Origin: a virus
DNA length: 64,000 nucleotides
IMG/VR virus record: IMGVR_UViG_3300048839_000424
Location: 14,216 to 78,215 of that record
Direction: 5' to 3' (one strand)
The translations under genes and the position numbers were made by a program. The notes beneath the pieces were generated by a model. That model was given only the letters and a program-made list of their open reading frames with translations. It was not told where the DNA came from and did not search any database. Shown one piece after another: positions 19,033-28,672 of the stretch; position 1 is the stretch's first letter, and each line of letters opens with the position of its first letter.

Positions 19033-20039
19033 GTGACAAATACAAAATCATACACGGAAATATGCTTGAAGTGTTGAAAACACTTCAAGAAAATAGCATC
19101 GACGCCATCGTTTGTGATCCACCCTATGAAATCAATTTCATGGGCCGAGGTTGGGACAAATCCGGCATCGCATTCCAAAAAGAAACATGGGCTGAATGTT
19201 TAAGAGTATTGAAGCCGGGAGGCTATTTAGTAGCATTTGGAGCGGCGCGAACGATGCATCGCATCACATGCGCGATTGAGGATGCCGGTTTCGAAATTCG
19301 AGACACGTTGCAGTGGGTTTTTGGAAATGGGTTTCCCAAGTCGCTGGACGTTGGTAAAGCTATTGCGAAACGTGCAGGCGGCGAAATCGAAGCGCGTGCA
19401 GCTATCGAGTGGATGAAGCGCGAACGGGAGAGGTTGGGTCTTTCCCGTGCAGCTCTTGAAGTCCGCATTTTCGGGCGCTGTGATGGCAACGTGAGGAACT
19501 GGGAGGACGCCATTTCGCTACCAAGGCCGGGGCTTTGGCCGCAGATTCGCGCGGCACTCGGGCACGGTGCGACGCTGTTCGACGCTGTGATGGAGAGGGG
19601 TGACGAAAAGGTAGGTGAGACAACCGGATCTTATGGGTATCAAGCTGACGGGTCTAGGTGGAAAAAGCCACGCGAGTTGCGAGAGCCGAACACAGAAGCA
19701 GCGAAAACCTGGCACGGCTACGGCACCGCACTAAAACCAGCGCACGAGCCGATCACGCTGGCCCGAAAGCCCTTACAGGGCACGGTCGCCGCGAACGTGG
19801 CGAAGTGGGGAACGGGCGGGATTGACGTTGACGGGTGTCGGGTCGGGGAGAGCAAGCGCGTGCCTGGTAACGCTAGCTGTGCTAGCGAGTATAAAGTGGG
19901 GCACATCGCAGAGGGTCACTACCTCAAGGGGCTAAGGTATCTAGCGGAAGGTGAGAGTTCCGGTAACGGTCCCAACGTAGGCCGCTGGCCGCCGAACCTC
20001 ATCATCGACGACGGCGCGGGCGAGGATCGCCCATGCTGA
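19029..20039 (+). CDS. Beta-class N4C/N6A DNA methyltransferase, N-terminal plus middle part (DPPY) with an inserted XRE-type HTH; lacks the SAM-binding FxGxG half
   Basis: IVCDPPY, LRVLKPGG, GFPKS, GYGTALKPAHEPI and GRWPPNL present; no HPTVKP/DPFxGSG; out-of-frame remnant tail ARIAHAE..DLNELFG* at 20020-20082. Confidence 0.85.
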   Translation: MSDKYKIIHGNMLEVLKTLQENSIDAIVCDPPYEINFMGRGWDKSGIAFQKETWAECLRVLKPGGYLVAFGAARTMHRITCAIEDAGFEIRDTLQWVFGNGFPKSLDVGKAIAKRAGGEIEARAAIEWMKRERERLGLSRAALEVRIFGRCDGNVRNWEDAISLPRPGLWPQIRAALGHGATLFDAVMERGDEKVGETTGSYGYQADGSRWKKPRELREPNTEAAKTWHGYGTALKPAHEPITLARKPLQGTVAANVAKWGTGGIDVDGCRVGESKRVPGNASCASEYKVGHIAEGHYLKGLRYLAEGESSGNGPNVGRWPPNLIIDDGAGEDRPC

Positions 20040-20058
20040 GGGAGAGATTTCGTTAGAG

Positions 20059-20082
20059 GATTTGAATGAGTTATTCGGATGA
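20059..20082 (+). repeat. Dispersed 24-bp repeat encoding DLNELFG-stop (copy 1)
   Basis: GATTTGAATGAGTTATTCGGATGA; near-identical copies at 29720 and 31700. Confidence 0.9.
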
Positions 20083-20375
20083 GGATTGTATCAGTGATAA
20101 GGAAGCCCTTTGAGGGATCGACAACGCAAAACGTGTTGGTTCATCATGTCTCGTGTATCAACATTGACGGGACCACCCATCAAACTCACGGTGCGGGAAG
20201 CAACGGGATTTATGGGAAGTATGCTGCCATTCAAAGCAACAAAACACGAGGACAGGAACTTGGCCGTTGGCCAGCAAACTTGATTTTGAGCTACCCAGAG
20301 GGTGTTGAGACATTGAATCAACAAACAGGGTTGGAGTACAATGGGGCAAGGTTCTTCAGGAATGTTCTGCTATGA
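20079..20375 (+). CDS. Stand-alone middle segment of a beta-class DNA methyltransferase (copy B1)
   Basis: MRIVSVIRKPFEGS..NV..INID..GRWPANLIL..GARFF; paralogue of 30218..30826; ATG coupled to the DLNELFG stop. Confidence 0.75.
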   Translation: MRIVSVIRKPFEGSTTQNVLVHHVSCINIDGTTHQTHGAGSNGIYGKYAAIQSNKTRGQELGRWPANLILSYPEGVETLNQQTGLEYNGARFFRNVLL

Positions 20376-21190
20376 AACGACTAGATCTAGTTCACTACCG
20401 CAAGGGGTCACTAACCTCCGACACGGTTGAAGCCCTCCGTCATTTGGAACTTCGTACCGCCAAAGCTGATAAGAGCTTTGTTCTTCATGTCTCATCCCGT
20501 GGGTTGGAATCCATGAAATGGGGTGAGGTTAGAGAAAACCCTGGTCCTACAGGATGCCGACCTGAATGGTCTGCGGTTCCTACGGGACGAGAGATTTACC
20601 TCCGATTGGAAATCAACGACGACCAAGGACACCCAGACTCAAAGCGAGAAAGAGAACTTGCCTTGCTCTGGGGGTTGGCAATCCCTCTTGGTTTTACCCC
20701 GTGGGTTCGTTACCCCCTCCCTGGTCCCGGTGATGATGTGTTTCACTACTATGGACCGTGGAGATCGTTGATGGACAGTTTGATGGGAATGGGTCGTGGT
20801 GAGGAAGCATGGCCAAGTTTCTGTTGTGCAGCACAGGTTGATGTCGGTGCTTGGGAGGGGAATAGACCTACCGAGCGATTTGTTCAAGCGCAGTTACACC
20901 GTATGGGATACAATCATGGTCCCGTAGATGGAATGGTTGGACCTCGAACAGAGACGGCTCTCAAGGGGGCTGGATTGCATGGGTTGGCCTTATCAGAGGC
21001 GGCAAAAAAACTCACCTCTCTGGAGTCTAAACCAGCCCAGCGGACGAAAAAAAGGAAGGGGCATATCGTTCTCCCGGAGACTAATTTCTCTATAACTTCC
21101 TATGGACAGGTGAGAACAATCCAAACGGCTCAGGGGGCTGCGGTCGAACTAGATGGCCCTGGTCGGATTATCATCACCACGCAGGAATAA
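20372..21190 (+). CDS. Peptidoglycan-binding protein (PG_binding_1) with a degenerate M15-peptidase-like N-terminus
   Basis: VQAQLHRMGYNHGPVDGMVGPRTETALK matches the PG-binding consensus. Confidence 0.7.
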   Translation: MKRLDLVHYRKGSLTSDTVEALRHLELRTAKADKSFVLHVSSRGLESMKWGEVRENPGPTGCRPEWSAVPTGREIYLRLEINDDQGHPDSKRERELALLWGLAIPLGFTPWVRYPLPGPGDDVFHYYGPWRSLMDSLMGMGRGEEAWPSFCCAAQVDVGAWEGNRPTERFVQAQLHRMGYNHGPVDGMVGPRTETALKGAGLHGLALSEAAKKLTSLESKPAQRTKKRKGHIVLPETNFSITSYGQVRTIQTAQGAAVELDGPGRIIITTQE

Positions 21191-21831
21191 TGACGAGATT
21201 ACACGAAAAGGTCGCATGGGCATGGTTAGACCGATTGCTCGGAAAGAAGGTCGTTGAGCCATCTCCCTCCGTGAACTCTGATTTGTCTGATGCACAGAAA
21301 AAAGCGATCATTGATGACTCGTACCAGAGGATCAAAAAAGACCTCCTTGCGGCTCTGAAAAACGGTCATGCGGAGATTTTTCAACAAGCGGAGAGAGCGG
21401 GTCGTAGGTGGGGAGTACAACCATTGTTTCTCCTCTATTTCCTCGCTGAAGGAAAAAACTGGCCATCACGTCTTGATGCTACGGTGAAGGAAAAGCTGCG
21501 ACTACTTCAGGCTCTTTTACTGAACTTTGGCGTGGCGGAGTTCTATCCGAACGAGATGGGGGAGTTCCCTGATTGGGACAGATTGACTTCAGCCATGATG
21601 GAGATGGGGACATATGGGTGGGGTGTTGTGGTCTGGAAGATTATCGTCCCGAGCTTTAATGCGGCGGTGAGTCGTGAGGCAAAGCGGGTGCTTCATATCT
21701 TCAAAAGACCGGGGGGTTCTAAAAACCCGGACGCTTTTTGGTATCTCTCCAAGTACTTCCAGAAGTCCTGGTGGCACGATAACATCCCCTACAAGCATAT
21801 CATCCTGATGCTGACTAAAGAACTGTTCTGA
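21190..21831 (+). CDS. Hypothetical protein
   Basis: 213-aa ORF; AGGA RBS; coupled to the upstream stop. Confidence 0.6.
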   Translation: MTRLHEKVAWAWLDRLLGKKVVEPSPSVNSDLSDAQKKAIIDDSYQRIKKDLLAALKNGHAEIFQQAERAGRRWGVQPLFLLYFLAEGKNWPSRLDATVKEKLRLLQALLLNFGVAEFYPNEMGEFPDWDRLTSAMMEMGTYGWGVVVWKIIVPSFNAAVSREAKRVLHIFKRPGGSKNPDAFWYLSKYFQKSWWHDNIPYKHIILMLTKELF

Positions 21832-21851
21832 AGGCGTATAATGCCTGACGT

Positions 21852-24800
21852 ATGGATGAGGCATTAAAAGTAGCGTATGAGAAATTGAAAGAGATCCGGG
21901 GTCGCAAGGATCTCGCCCTCAAACCCAACAAGTACCTCAAGGACACCTTTACGGGATTTGATGGGCAGGAGTATCCGTTCAAGCTACGGTACTACCAAGT
22001 CCAAGGGGTTCTTCACATGGTTGTGATGAATCGTTTTCTTCTTGGGGACGACACCGGCACAGGAAAGTGCCAGCCGTATGATTCTCTTGTTCTGACTGAC
22101 AGGGGTCTCCTAAAGATGGGGGAAATCGAAGATTGGTCAGACATGACACCTGATAGCTTTCGCCCTATGAGCAAAAGCCTTCATGTGTTAGTAGATGGGG
22201 AAAAACTCCCCATCAAGAGCTTTTACTATGGTGGGGTCAAGTCTACGGTTACGGTCCATACTAGGTATGGGTTTAAAAACACTGGGTCACAAGTTCACCC
22301 AATGTTAGTTCTTCGGGATGGTTCCCATCAATGGGTGCAGGCTAAAGATCTGATTGAGGGGGACTATCTTTGTATTGAGAGACGTGAGATGTCCTTCCCC
22401 GAGAGTGAGCCCAAGCTAATCGGGAAAGGCCCCTTGGAAGAGGTAACACCTGATTTTGCTCGATTTGTGGGTTACTACATTGGACGAGGTACTCTAATAG
22501 CTAGAGACCAGATAAGTGTCTCCCAGTACCCAGTGAACCCCCCCGAGGTGCTTGCAGACATTATCCGTGTTATGGGTTCAGTTTTCAATAAGGTTCCCTC
22601 ACATCTTAAGGGAATAGACTTGAGTGTCTGTGACACGAGAGCACGACGGTGGTTGGTTGAAAATGGTATGGGTTATCTGAAATCTGCATACCGAGACATT
22701 CCTGACTGTATTCTCCAGGCTTCAAAAACTAGCACTCAAGAGTTTTTACGAGCCTTTTTTGAGGGAGCGGGGCACGTGGATAAGTCCATCGAACTTACCA
22801 CCACATCAAAAACACTAGGGGAGCAGCTACAAGTCCTACTCCTGAGATTTGGTGTAGTAGCTAAGAGAGAAAAGGTCTATAGTCAAGGGGTCTATGGTCA
22901 AGAGGGTCATGTTTATTGGCGCCTGACTATATGTGATAGAGAAGCCGAAATCTTTCGTGACCAGATTGGGTTTGTGTCCTCTCGAAAAAAGGAGGCTTTA
23001 AATGCACTCGTCGATTGCAGTACGCCTCTTTTGAACACGTCGTATTTTTACGACCCTGTTGTAGAGATAGAACAAGGGGAAGAAGAGGTTTTTGACATTG
23101 AAGTGGATGACCCTCGTCATTGTTTCGTCAGCAATGGGTTTGTCAATCACAATACTGCGATGGCTATTTCATCCTATGCCTACGTCTTAGACAAAGAGCC
23201 GAATACGAAAGCAGTAGTGCTTACGAACAAGTCCGTGGTTGGTCAATGGGCCTTGGAATTCGAGAAGTTCACGAAACCGGGGATGATTCGAGTCATCCAA
23301 GTAAGTGGAACCCCAAAGAAGCGGGAAGCCGCTTATGAGGAGTTCAAGAATAGTCAAGGTCCAACCGTGATGATCATGGGATATGCGACTGCGCGACAGG
23401 ATGTCAAACAGCTTCAAACCATCAAGGACTACATTTTGATCACGGACGAAGCGAGTGCCTACAAGAACCCTTCCTCCCAGATTCACCAAGTCGTTCGGTT
23501 CATGGCGAATCAACAGGCGAAGCGCGTCTGGGCTCTCACAGCAACCCTGATCAAGAACAATCTAGTCGAGGGGTATGGGATCTATTCAGTCCTGTGTCCG
23601 GGATTGTTCCCCCCAACGAAAAATGCGTTCATCAACTCGTATGCAATCACGAGGATGCAGAAAATCGCGGGCTCTAATCGCCAAGTCCCGGTCATTGTAG
23701 GATATCGGAAGGACCACATTGAGAACTTCCGTAACAAAATTGACCCCTTCTTCCTGTCTCGGTCCAAGATGGACGTGGCTTCGGAACTTCCCGTGTTGAC
23801 GATTAGGGAGGACAAGGTAGCGTTGACGCCCGAGCAACAGACGAAATACCAGGAGGCTTTGGATGGTCTCCTAGAGATTGATACGACGGGTGAACAGAAG
23901 GAGACGACAAAACTCACGAGTCTAATCTACTGCCAACAAATCGTAGACCACCCGGACTTGATTGACTGTGAGGGGGGCTCGTACAAGATGGACCACTTGT
24001 TCGACATTCTCACGGAGGGCGATTTGGCAGGTGAGAAGGTCATTGTGTTCTCGCGGTTCCGCAAGATGATCGACCTCCTGGAGAAAGAGGCGAAGAAAAA
24101 GAAGATCACATCGGTGAGAATCACTGGTGCTGAAACCAAGGAGGAGGTGCGAAAGGAAGCGATGCAAAAGTTCCAGGATCCAAACTCTGATGTTCAGGTC
24201 TGCTTTATTACTACAGCGGCAGCAGAGGGAATTAACCTCCAAGCGGCGAAAGCCATCGTTTTCTTCGACTCTCCTTGGTCCGCTGGAGATTACCTTCAGT
24301 GTTTAGATGAGGATACAGAAATATTGACTCAAAGAGGTTTTGTGGGTCGTACCTCTATTAAAGAGGATGATTTAGTTGCTGCAATGAACACTCAAACCTC
24401 TGAAATTGAATGGCAGCCGATTCGTTCTATTACTGATCGTCCACGAGCGCAAGACGAACAAATGTATGAAGTCTCTACGAGACATGTAAATATACGTGTC
24501 ACAGGTGGACATCGTATGTTGTATAGAAGAAAAACGCTTAGAAACAACGTAGCGGTTTGGCCTATGGGGTGGGAAATTGAAACCGCTGAACAAATGGCAG
24601 TAGAGAAAACTCATTATCAAATCCCTGCCGCTGGTGAACAAAATTCAAAGGGGTTACCTCTCACTCAAGATCAACTTGAGTTTATAGGTTGGTTCTTGTC
24701 TGACGGTTCCCTTAACAAATCAAACCATCAATTGGTAATTTCGCAAGCAATACATCAACCTCAGATTGTAGATTTACGGCGATGCATTGAAAATTGTGGG

Positions 24801-25607
24801 TTTGATTGGAGCGAGTACAACCGAGATCCCAAAATGACTAAAGGATTTCCAAATGGTAAACCTCAAATAGTCTTCTCTATCCCCAAAGGAACACAAAACG
24901 GCACTCGTGCAAGGAAAGGATGGAAAGAACTAGAACCTTACCTTGACAAAGAGTTGTCACCCTTGTTAGAGGATGTAACCCCCGAACAATTAAGTGCCCT
25001 GCTCCGAGGGTTGCATCTAGGGGATGGGAGTAAATATAGAGGTGACAAGTGGAATCAAGCCTCTTATCACATTTTCACTGGAAGAAAGGTTTTTGCCGAA
25101 AGACTACAGAGCTTGTGTGTTAGACGCGGTTTTCGTTGTAATCTCTCTATTCGACAGGCTGCACCTGGAAGAAAAGAAGGGTACACACTACATATAAAAA
25201 AGACTAATGCGTGGTCTCTATGTGGAAATAAAAAAATGATAGGGCGCTCTCATATGTCCCCTTCCAAAAACATAGAACATGAGAGAGTATGGTGTGTTGA
25301 AAATGATTTGGGTACGCTCGTAACACGTCGTCGTGGAAAAGTAGCTGTTGTAGGAAATTGTATTGGGCGAATGATTCGCATTGGAAGTCAGCATGATCGT
25401 TGCTATGCGATTCACTTGGTCGCTTCGGGTACGATTGATGAGGATGTCATTGTGACCTTGAAGAAGAAGATGAAACTCGTAGAGAAAATCATGGGCAAGA
25501 GGTTGAAGGGTGAGAAGGATCAGGATGCCGTCATCGAGGCGGAAAACGACATCTCTGACCTATTTGATTCCGTCCGTGCGAATGCTCGAACTCGTAAGTA
25601 CAAGTGA
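21852..25607 (+). CDS. SNF2-family helicase/ATPase containing two inteins
   Basis: LRYYQ, GDDTGTGK|T, ITDEAS, LTATLIKN, KVIVFSRF, AEGINLQAA and Q|CIGRMIRIG motifs. Confidence 0.92.
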   Translation: MDEALKVAYEKLKEIRGRKDLALKPNKYLKDTFTGFDGQEYPFKLRYYQVQGVLHMVVMNRFLLGDDTGTGKCQPYDSLVLTDRGLLKMGEIEDWSDMTPDSFRPMSKSLHVLVDGEKLPIKSFYYGGVKSTVTVHTRYGFKNTGSQVHPMLVLRDGSHQWVQAKDLIEGDYLCIERREMSFPESEPKLIGKGPLEEVTPDFARFVGYYIGRGTLIARDQISVSQYPVNPPEVLADIIRVMGSVFNKVPSHLKGIDLSVCDTRARRWLVENGMGYLKSAYRDIPDCILQASKTSTQEFLRAFFEGAGHVDKSIELTTTSKTLGEQLQVLLLRFGVVAKREKVYSQGVYGQEGHVYWRLTICDREAEIFRDQIGFVSSRKKEALNALVDCSTPLLNTSYFYDPVVEIEQGEEEVFDIEVDDPRHCFVSNGFVNHNTAMAISSYAYVLDKEPNTKAVVLTNKSVVGQWALEFEKFTKPGMIRVIQVSGTPKKREAAYEEFKNSQGPTVMIMGYATARQDVKQLQTIKDYILITDEASAYKNPSSQIHQVVRFMANQQAKRVWALTATLIKNNLVEGYGIYSVLCPGLFPPTKNAFINSYAITRMQKIAGSNRQVPVIVGYRKDHIENFRNKIDPFFLSRSKMDVASELPVLTIREDKVALTPEQQTKYQEALDGLLEIDTTGEQKETTKLTSLIYCQQIVDHPDLIDCEGGSYKMDHLFDILTEGDLAGEKVIVFSRFRKMIDLLEKEAKKKKITSVRITGAETKEEVRKEAMQKFQDPNSDVQVCFITTAAAEGINLQAAKAIVFFDSPWSAGDYLQCLDEDTEILTQRGFVGRTSIKEDDLVAAMNTQTSEIEWQPIRSITDRPRAQDEQMYEVSTRHVNIRVTGGHRMLYRRKTLRNNVAVWPMGWEIETAEQMAVEKTHYQIPAAGEQNSKGLPLTQDQLEFIGWFLSDGSLNKSNHQLVISQAIHQPQIVDLRRCIENCGFDWSEYNRDPKMTKGFPNGKPQIVFSIPKGTQNGTRARKGWKELEPYLDKELSPLLEDVTPEQLSALLRGLHLGDGSKYRGDKWNQASYHIFTGRKVFAERLQSLCVRRGFRCNLSIRQAAPGRKEGYTLHIKKTNAWSLCGNKKMIGRSHMSPSKNIEHERVWCVENDLGTLVTRRRGKVAVVGNCIGRMIRIGSQHDRCYAIHLVASGTIDEDVIVTLKKKMKLVEKIMGKRLKGEKDQDAVIEAENDISDLFDSVRANARTRKYK
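22068..23153 (+). mobile_element. Intein (362 aa, LAGLIDADG-type remnants) in the SNF2 Walker A motif
   Basis: Begins CQPYDS, ends FVNHN followed by T; FLRAFFEGAG block. Confidence 0.92.
24300..25358 (+). mobile_element. Intein (353 aa, LAGLIDADG) in SNF2 helicase motif VI
   Basis: Begins CLDEDTE, ends VVGN followed by C; IGWFLSDGS and LRGLHLGDG blocks; visibly AT-richer than the exteins. Confidence 0.9.
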
Positions 25608-25623
25608 AGGGAGTATAAGGAGA

Positions 25624-26496
25624 ATGAGTAGGAACCCCTTTGCGGACCCCGCTTGTCCGAAATGTCACGGGCGTGGGTTTATTTATGCCGAGTCCATGTT
25701 AGATGGTGGGCGCTATTGTGAGTGTACGATGGAGGGGATGCGAGTCCAAAATATGACTCGCATCTGGGAATCCTTGGAATCAGCCAAGGAGATCTCGGTG
25801 TTGCGGAACGACCCCCCGCTCAAGAGATTCCTCAAAAAGTCCTGTCGAATCACGGCGCCCGTAGCTCTCTTTAAGGCTCATTTGAAGGCATTGGCGTACA
25901 ATATGCCTACGGCATGGAATGCTCGTGTCCATACGGATGCAGAACTCCTAGACGTATGGTTTGGCACCCTGAAGGCACAGGGGATGAAAATATACGACTT
26001 CGAGATTGAAAACTCGACGTTGAGGGCTATTGACATTCGAGACCTCGTAGAGCCCCATGACCTTTGCATCATCCTCATGGGGGTCAAGAAACTTCCCAAC
26101 AAGGAGGCGCCATCGAGCTTAGCGGAGGCGATTTCTTACCGGAACCACTTGGACAAACCCACTTGGGTGATCGACCAACCGGACTTACCTTTGGATGGTA
26201 ATCACAGATATCACAATCAGGAAGTCGAACGCATGTTGGCGAAATGGCCGCATGTAGTTCTCTCCGGCCCGAATGTAACGGTGACCAACGAACCACGTAC
26301 AAACTCTCCGGTGGCAACAAATGCTCTAGCGACCGTAGATGACCTACTGGTAACCGAGGATGGGCTTCAAGAGGAAGAAGAGGAGCTATTCGAGGAGGAC
26401 GTAGTTTCTGCCCCTCAAACGAAGAATTTGCTTTCGACATTGACGGTAGAATCGAAGTCCAAGAAGCCCTGGAAAGGGAATAGGCCCAAGCGATGA
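25624..26496 (+). CDS. Degenerate DnaC/IstB-like helicase loader with N-terminal Zn finger
   Basis: CPKCHGRG..CEC; HDLCIIL and ISYRNHLDKPTWVI resemble DnaC segments; no Walker A; lies directly upstream of dnaB; AAGGAG RBS. Confidence 0.55.
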   Translation: MSRNPFADPACPKCHGRGFIYAESMLDGGRYCECTMEGMRVQNMTRIWESLESAKEISVLRNDPPLKRFLKKSCRITAPVALFKAHLKALAYNMPTAWNARVHTDAELLDVWFGTLKAQGMKIYDFEIENSTLRAIDIRDLVEPHDLCIILMGVKKLPNKEAPSSLAEAISYRNHLDKPTWVIDQPDLPLDGNHRYHNQEVERMLAKWPHVVLSGPNVTVTNEPRTNSPVATNALATVDDLLVTEDGLQEEEEELFEEDVVSAPQTKNLLSTLTVESKSKKPWKGNRPKR

Positions 26497-28058
26497 AGAT
26501 TTTACTTCGATCCGTATTCATTGTCAATGCGAGTGACAGTGAGCAGTTGTTTCTCCAGAATTACCATGCCTTGGTTGAGTCCGGGCTTGGTTTTGACATG
26601 CTGGAGGACATCAATATTTGGAAGTTCATTCAGGATTTCTATCAGGGGCATGGTCACCTGCCTACACTCCAGACGATTCGTTCTCACTTCGAGCGCGTTC
26701 AGGAGCTAGAAGTTGTTGACCGTCTTGAACGCTTGGCGATGGAGTCCCCGAAAACTCGTGGTGACTTTATTTCGTTCTTGGAGACTCAGGCGGAAGACCG
26801 TCGTGTCAAAATCGTCATGGAACTTGCCAAGGAAATGGCGACCATCGCCCAAACGGGTATCGACGTAAAGGACAAGGGCGGGAAGAACTCCAAGAAGTTC
26901 CTTGGGGCCGTAGATGCCATCCGGTGGGTTCTCGATCGTTCGCATGAGCTAGTCTCTCCGACGCTGGGAAGTCGTCTCTCCGGCAATGTGGCGACCGATG
27001 GGGAGACCTTCATCACCCGGTATGAGCGCGTCAAATCGGACCCACAGTTTGGGATTGGGTGTTATACGGGGATTCGACAGGTAGACGATGCCTTGAAAGG
27101 GGCAAAGCGGTACGAGCTTTGGATTCACGCAGGATTCACGGGTTCGTTGAAGTCTAGTCTTGCTCTCCAGTGGGCCTACAATCAAATGGTCTACTACCGC
27201 AATTCGACCCTGTATTTTTCGTTGGAGATGCCTTACATTCAGTGCATGAACATGCTCTATGCGATGCACACGGCACATGAAAAGTTCGCACAGATTCGAG
27301 CGCAGTTGGGGATTCAAGATATCGGGCTCGACTACGAGCGGATGAAAAATGGTGTCCTAGCTCCCCATGAGGAGAAGTTCCTGTTCGATTACGTAGTTCC
27401 CGATTTCAACAAAAAATCCACGGTACCGGCGACGGGTCCATATCCCGTAGAGGCTCATGAGTATGGGGATATCTACATCGAGGTTGCTGACCCTGACAAA
27501 ACGGACTTCACGGTTTTGGAGCTACGAGCCAAGGCGGAGTTGATTTATTCCAAAACGCCGTTCAAGATGGTCGTGGTGGACCATGTGGGTTTGATGTCAC
27601 CACGGGAGCGATATGGGTCTACTACGGAGAAGATCAATGAGGTAGTTCGAGACTTGAAAAAACTAGCCATGAGTTTCAACCGGGGTATGGGTATTGCGGT
27701 CGTTGGGTTGGCTCAGTTATCTCGTGAGGGGTATCGAGCCGCTGAAAAGAACGGTGGTAAGTACAACTTGACTCACTTGAGTTATGCCAACGAGATTGAG
27801 CGTTCCGCTGACATTGTGACGGCGACTTGGATTGATGATGACCTGAAAAAAATCAACCGTGGTATTATTCAGTGTTTGAAGTCTCGTGACCAGGCACCAT
27901 TTGAACGATGCCCTCTTCGGGTAGAGTTCTCATGTCGTCGAATCACAACGGACAATACGTCCATTGATGAGATTGAGAACAAAATTCAAGCAAAGCGGGG
28001 GGACATAGACAAGATCAAACCCCACAAGTCGAAAGTACCTGACCTTGGAGACATATGA
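26493..28058 (+). CDS. dnaB: DnaB-like replicative helicase
   Basis: HAGFTGSLKS P-loop, YFSLEM, VVVDHVGLM, LAQLSRE and IERSADIV motifs. Confidence 0.9.
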   Translation: MKILLRSVFIVNASDSEQLFLQNYHALVESGLGFDMLEDINIWKFIQDFYQGHGHLPTLQTIRSHFERVQELEVVDRLERLAMESPKTRGDFISFLETQAEDRRVKIVMELAKEMATIAQTGIDVKDKGGKNSKKFLGAVDAIRWVLDRSHELVSPTLGSRLSGNVATDGETFITRYERVKSDPQFGIGCYTGIRQVDDALKGAKRYELWIHAGFTGSLKSSLALQWAYNQMVYYRNSTLYFSLEMPYIQCMNMLYAMHTAHEKFAQIRAQLGIQDIGLDYERMKNGVLAPHEEKFLFDYVVPDFNKKSTVPATGPYPVEAHEYGDIYIEVADPDKTDFTVLELRAKAELIYSKTPFKMVVVDHVGLMSPRERYGSTTEKINEVVRDLKKLAMSFNRGMGIAVVGLAQLSREGYRAAEKNGGKYNLTHLSYANEIERSADIVTATWIDDDLKKINRGIIQCLKSRDQAPFERCPLRVEFSCRRITTDNTSIDEIENKIQAKRGDIDKIKPHKSKVPDLGDI

Positions 28059-28660
28059 ACCTGACATTAAAACACGGTGATTGCGTAGAGCGATTGAAAG
28101 AAATCGAGTCGAACTCCGTAGATGCGGTCATTTGCGATCCGCCCTATGATATCGCGTTCATGTCTCGAAAATGGGATGATGAGAACACGTTGACGAACGA
28201 GGCGATCTGGCGCGAGTGTTACCGGATTTTGAAGCCAGGGGGTGAGATTCAAGCCTTTGCGGCAACAAGAACCTTTCATCGGTTAGCGAGGACGTTCAAG
28301 AACATTGGGTTTGAGGGTATGCGATTAAAAGCCTTCACCTATGGGAGTGGATTTCCGAAATCTACGAATATATCGAAGCAGATTGACAAACGAGCCAAGG
28401 CGGAGAGGAAGGTCGTGGGGTTCAAAAAAGGGGTTGGTGGTCAGAACTTGAATGACCTCGTGAACAACCGGGATGAGATCCGTAGTACGGATCAGGAAGG
28501 TGGTAAGGGGGTTGGAGCGTATGGGACGGGAGCGAAGCAAGTCGCAGTAGATGTACCTATCACGGAACCAGCGACACCGGAAGCCAAGCTCTGGGACGGG
28601 TATGGTACAGCCTTGAAGCCCGCATGGGAACCTATTGTCGTGGCCAAGAAACCTCTGTGA
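28055..28660 (+). CDS. Beta-class DNA methyltransferase, catalytic N-terminal half only (piece A2)
   Basis: HGDC, VICDPPY, YRILKPGG, YGSGFPKS; stops after GYGTALKPAWEPIVVAKKPL; no FxGxG. Confidence 0.85.
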   Translation: MNLTLKHGDCVERLKEIESNSVDAVICDPPYDIAFMSRKWDDENTLTNEAIWRECYRILKPGGEIQAFAATRTFHRLARTFKNIGFEGMRLKAFTYGSGFPKSTNISKQIDKRAKAERKVVGFKKGVGGQNLNDLVNNRDEIRSTDQEGGKGVGAYGTGAKQVAVDVPITEPATPEAKLWDGYGTALKPAWEPIVVAKKPL

Positions 28661-28672
28661 GTGATATAAAAA

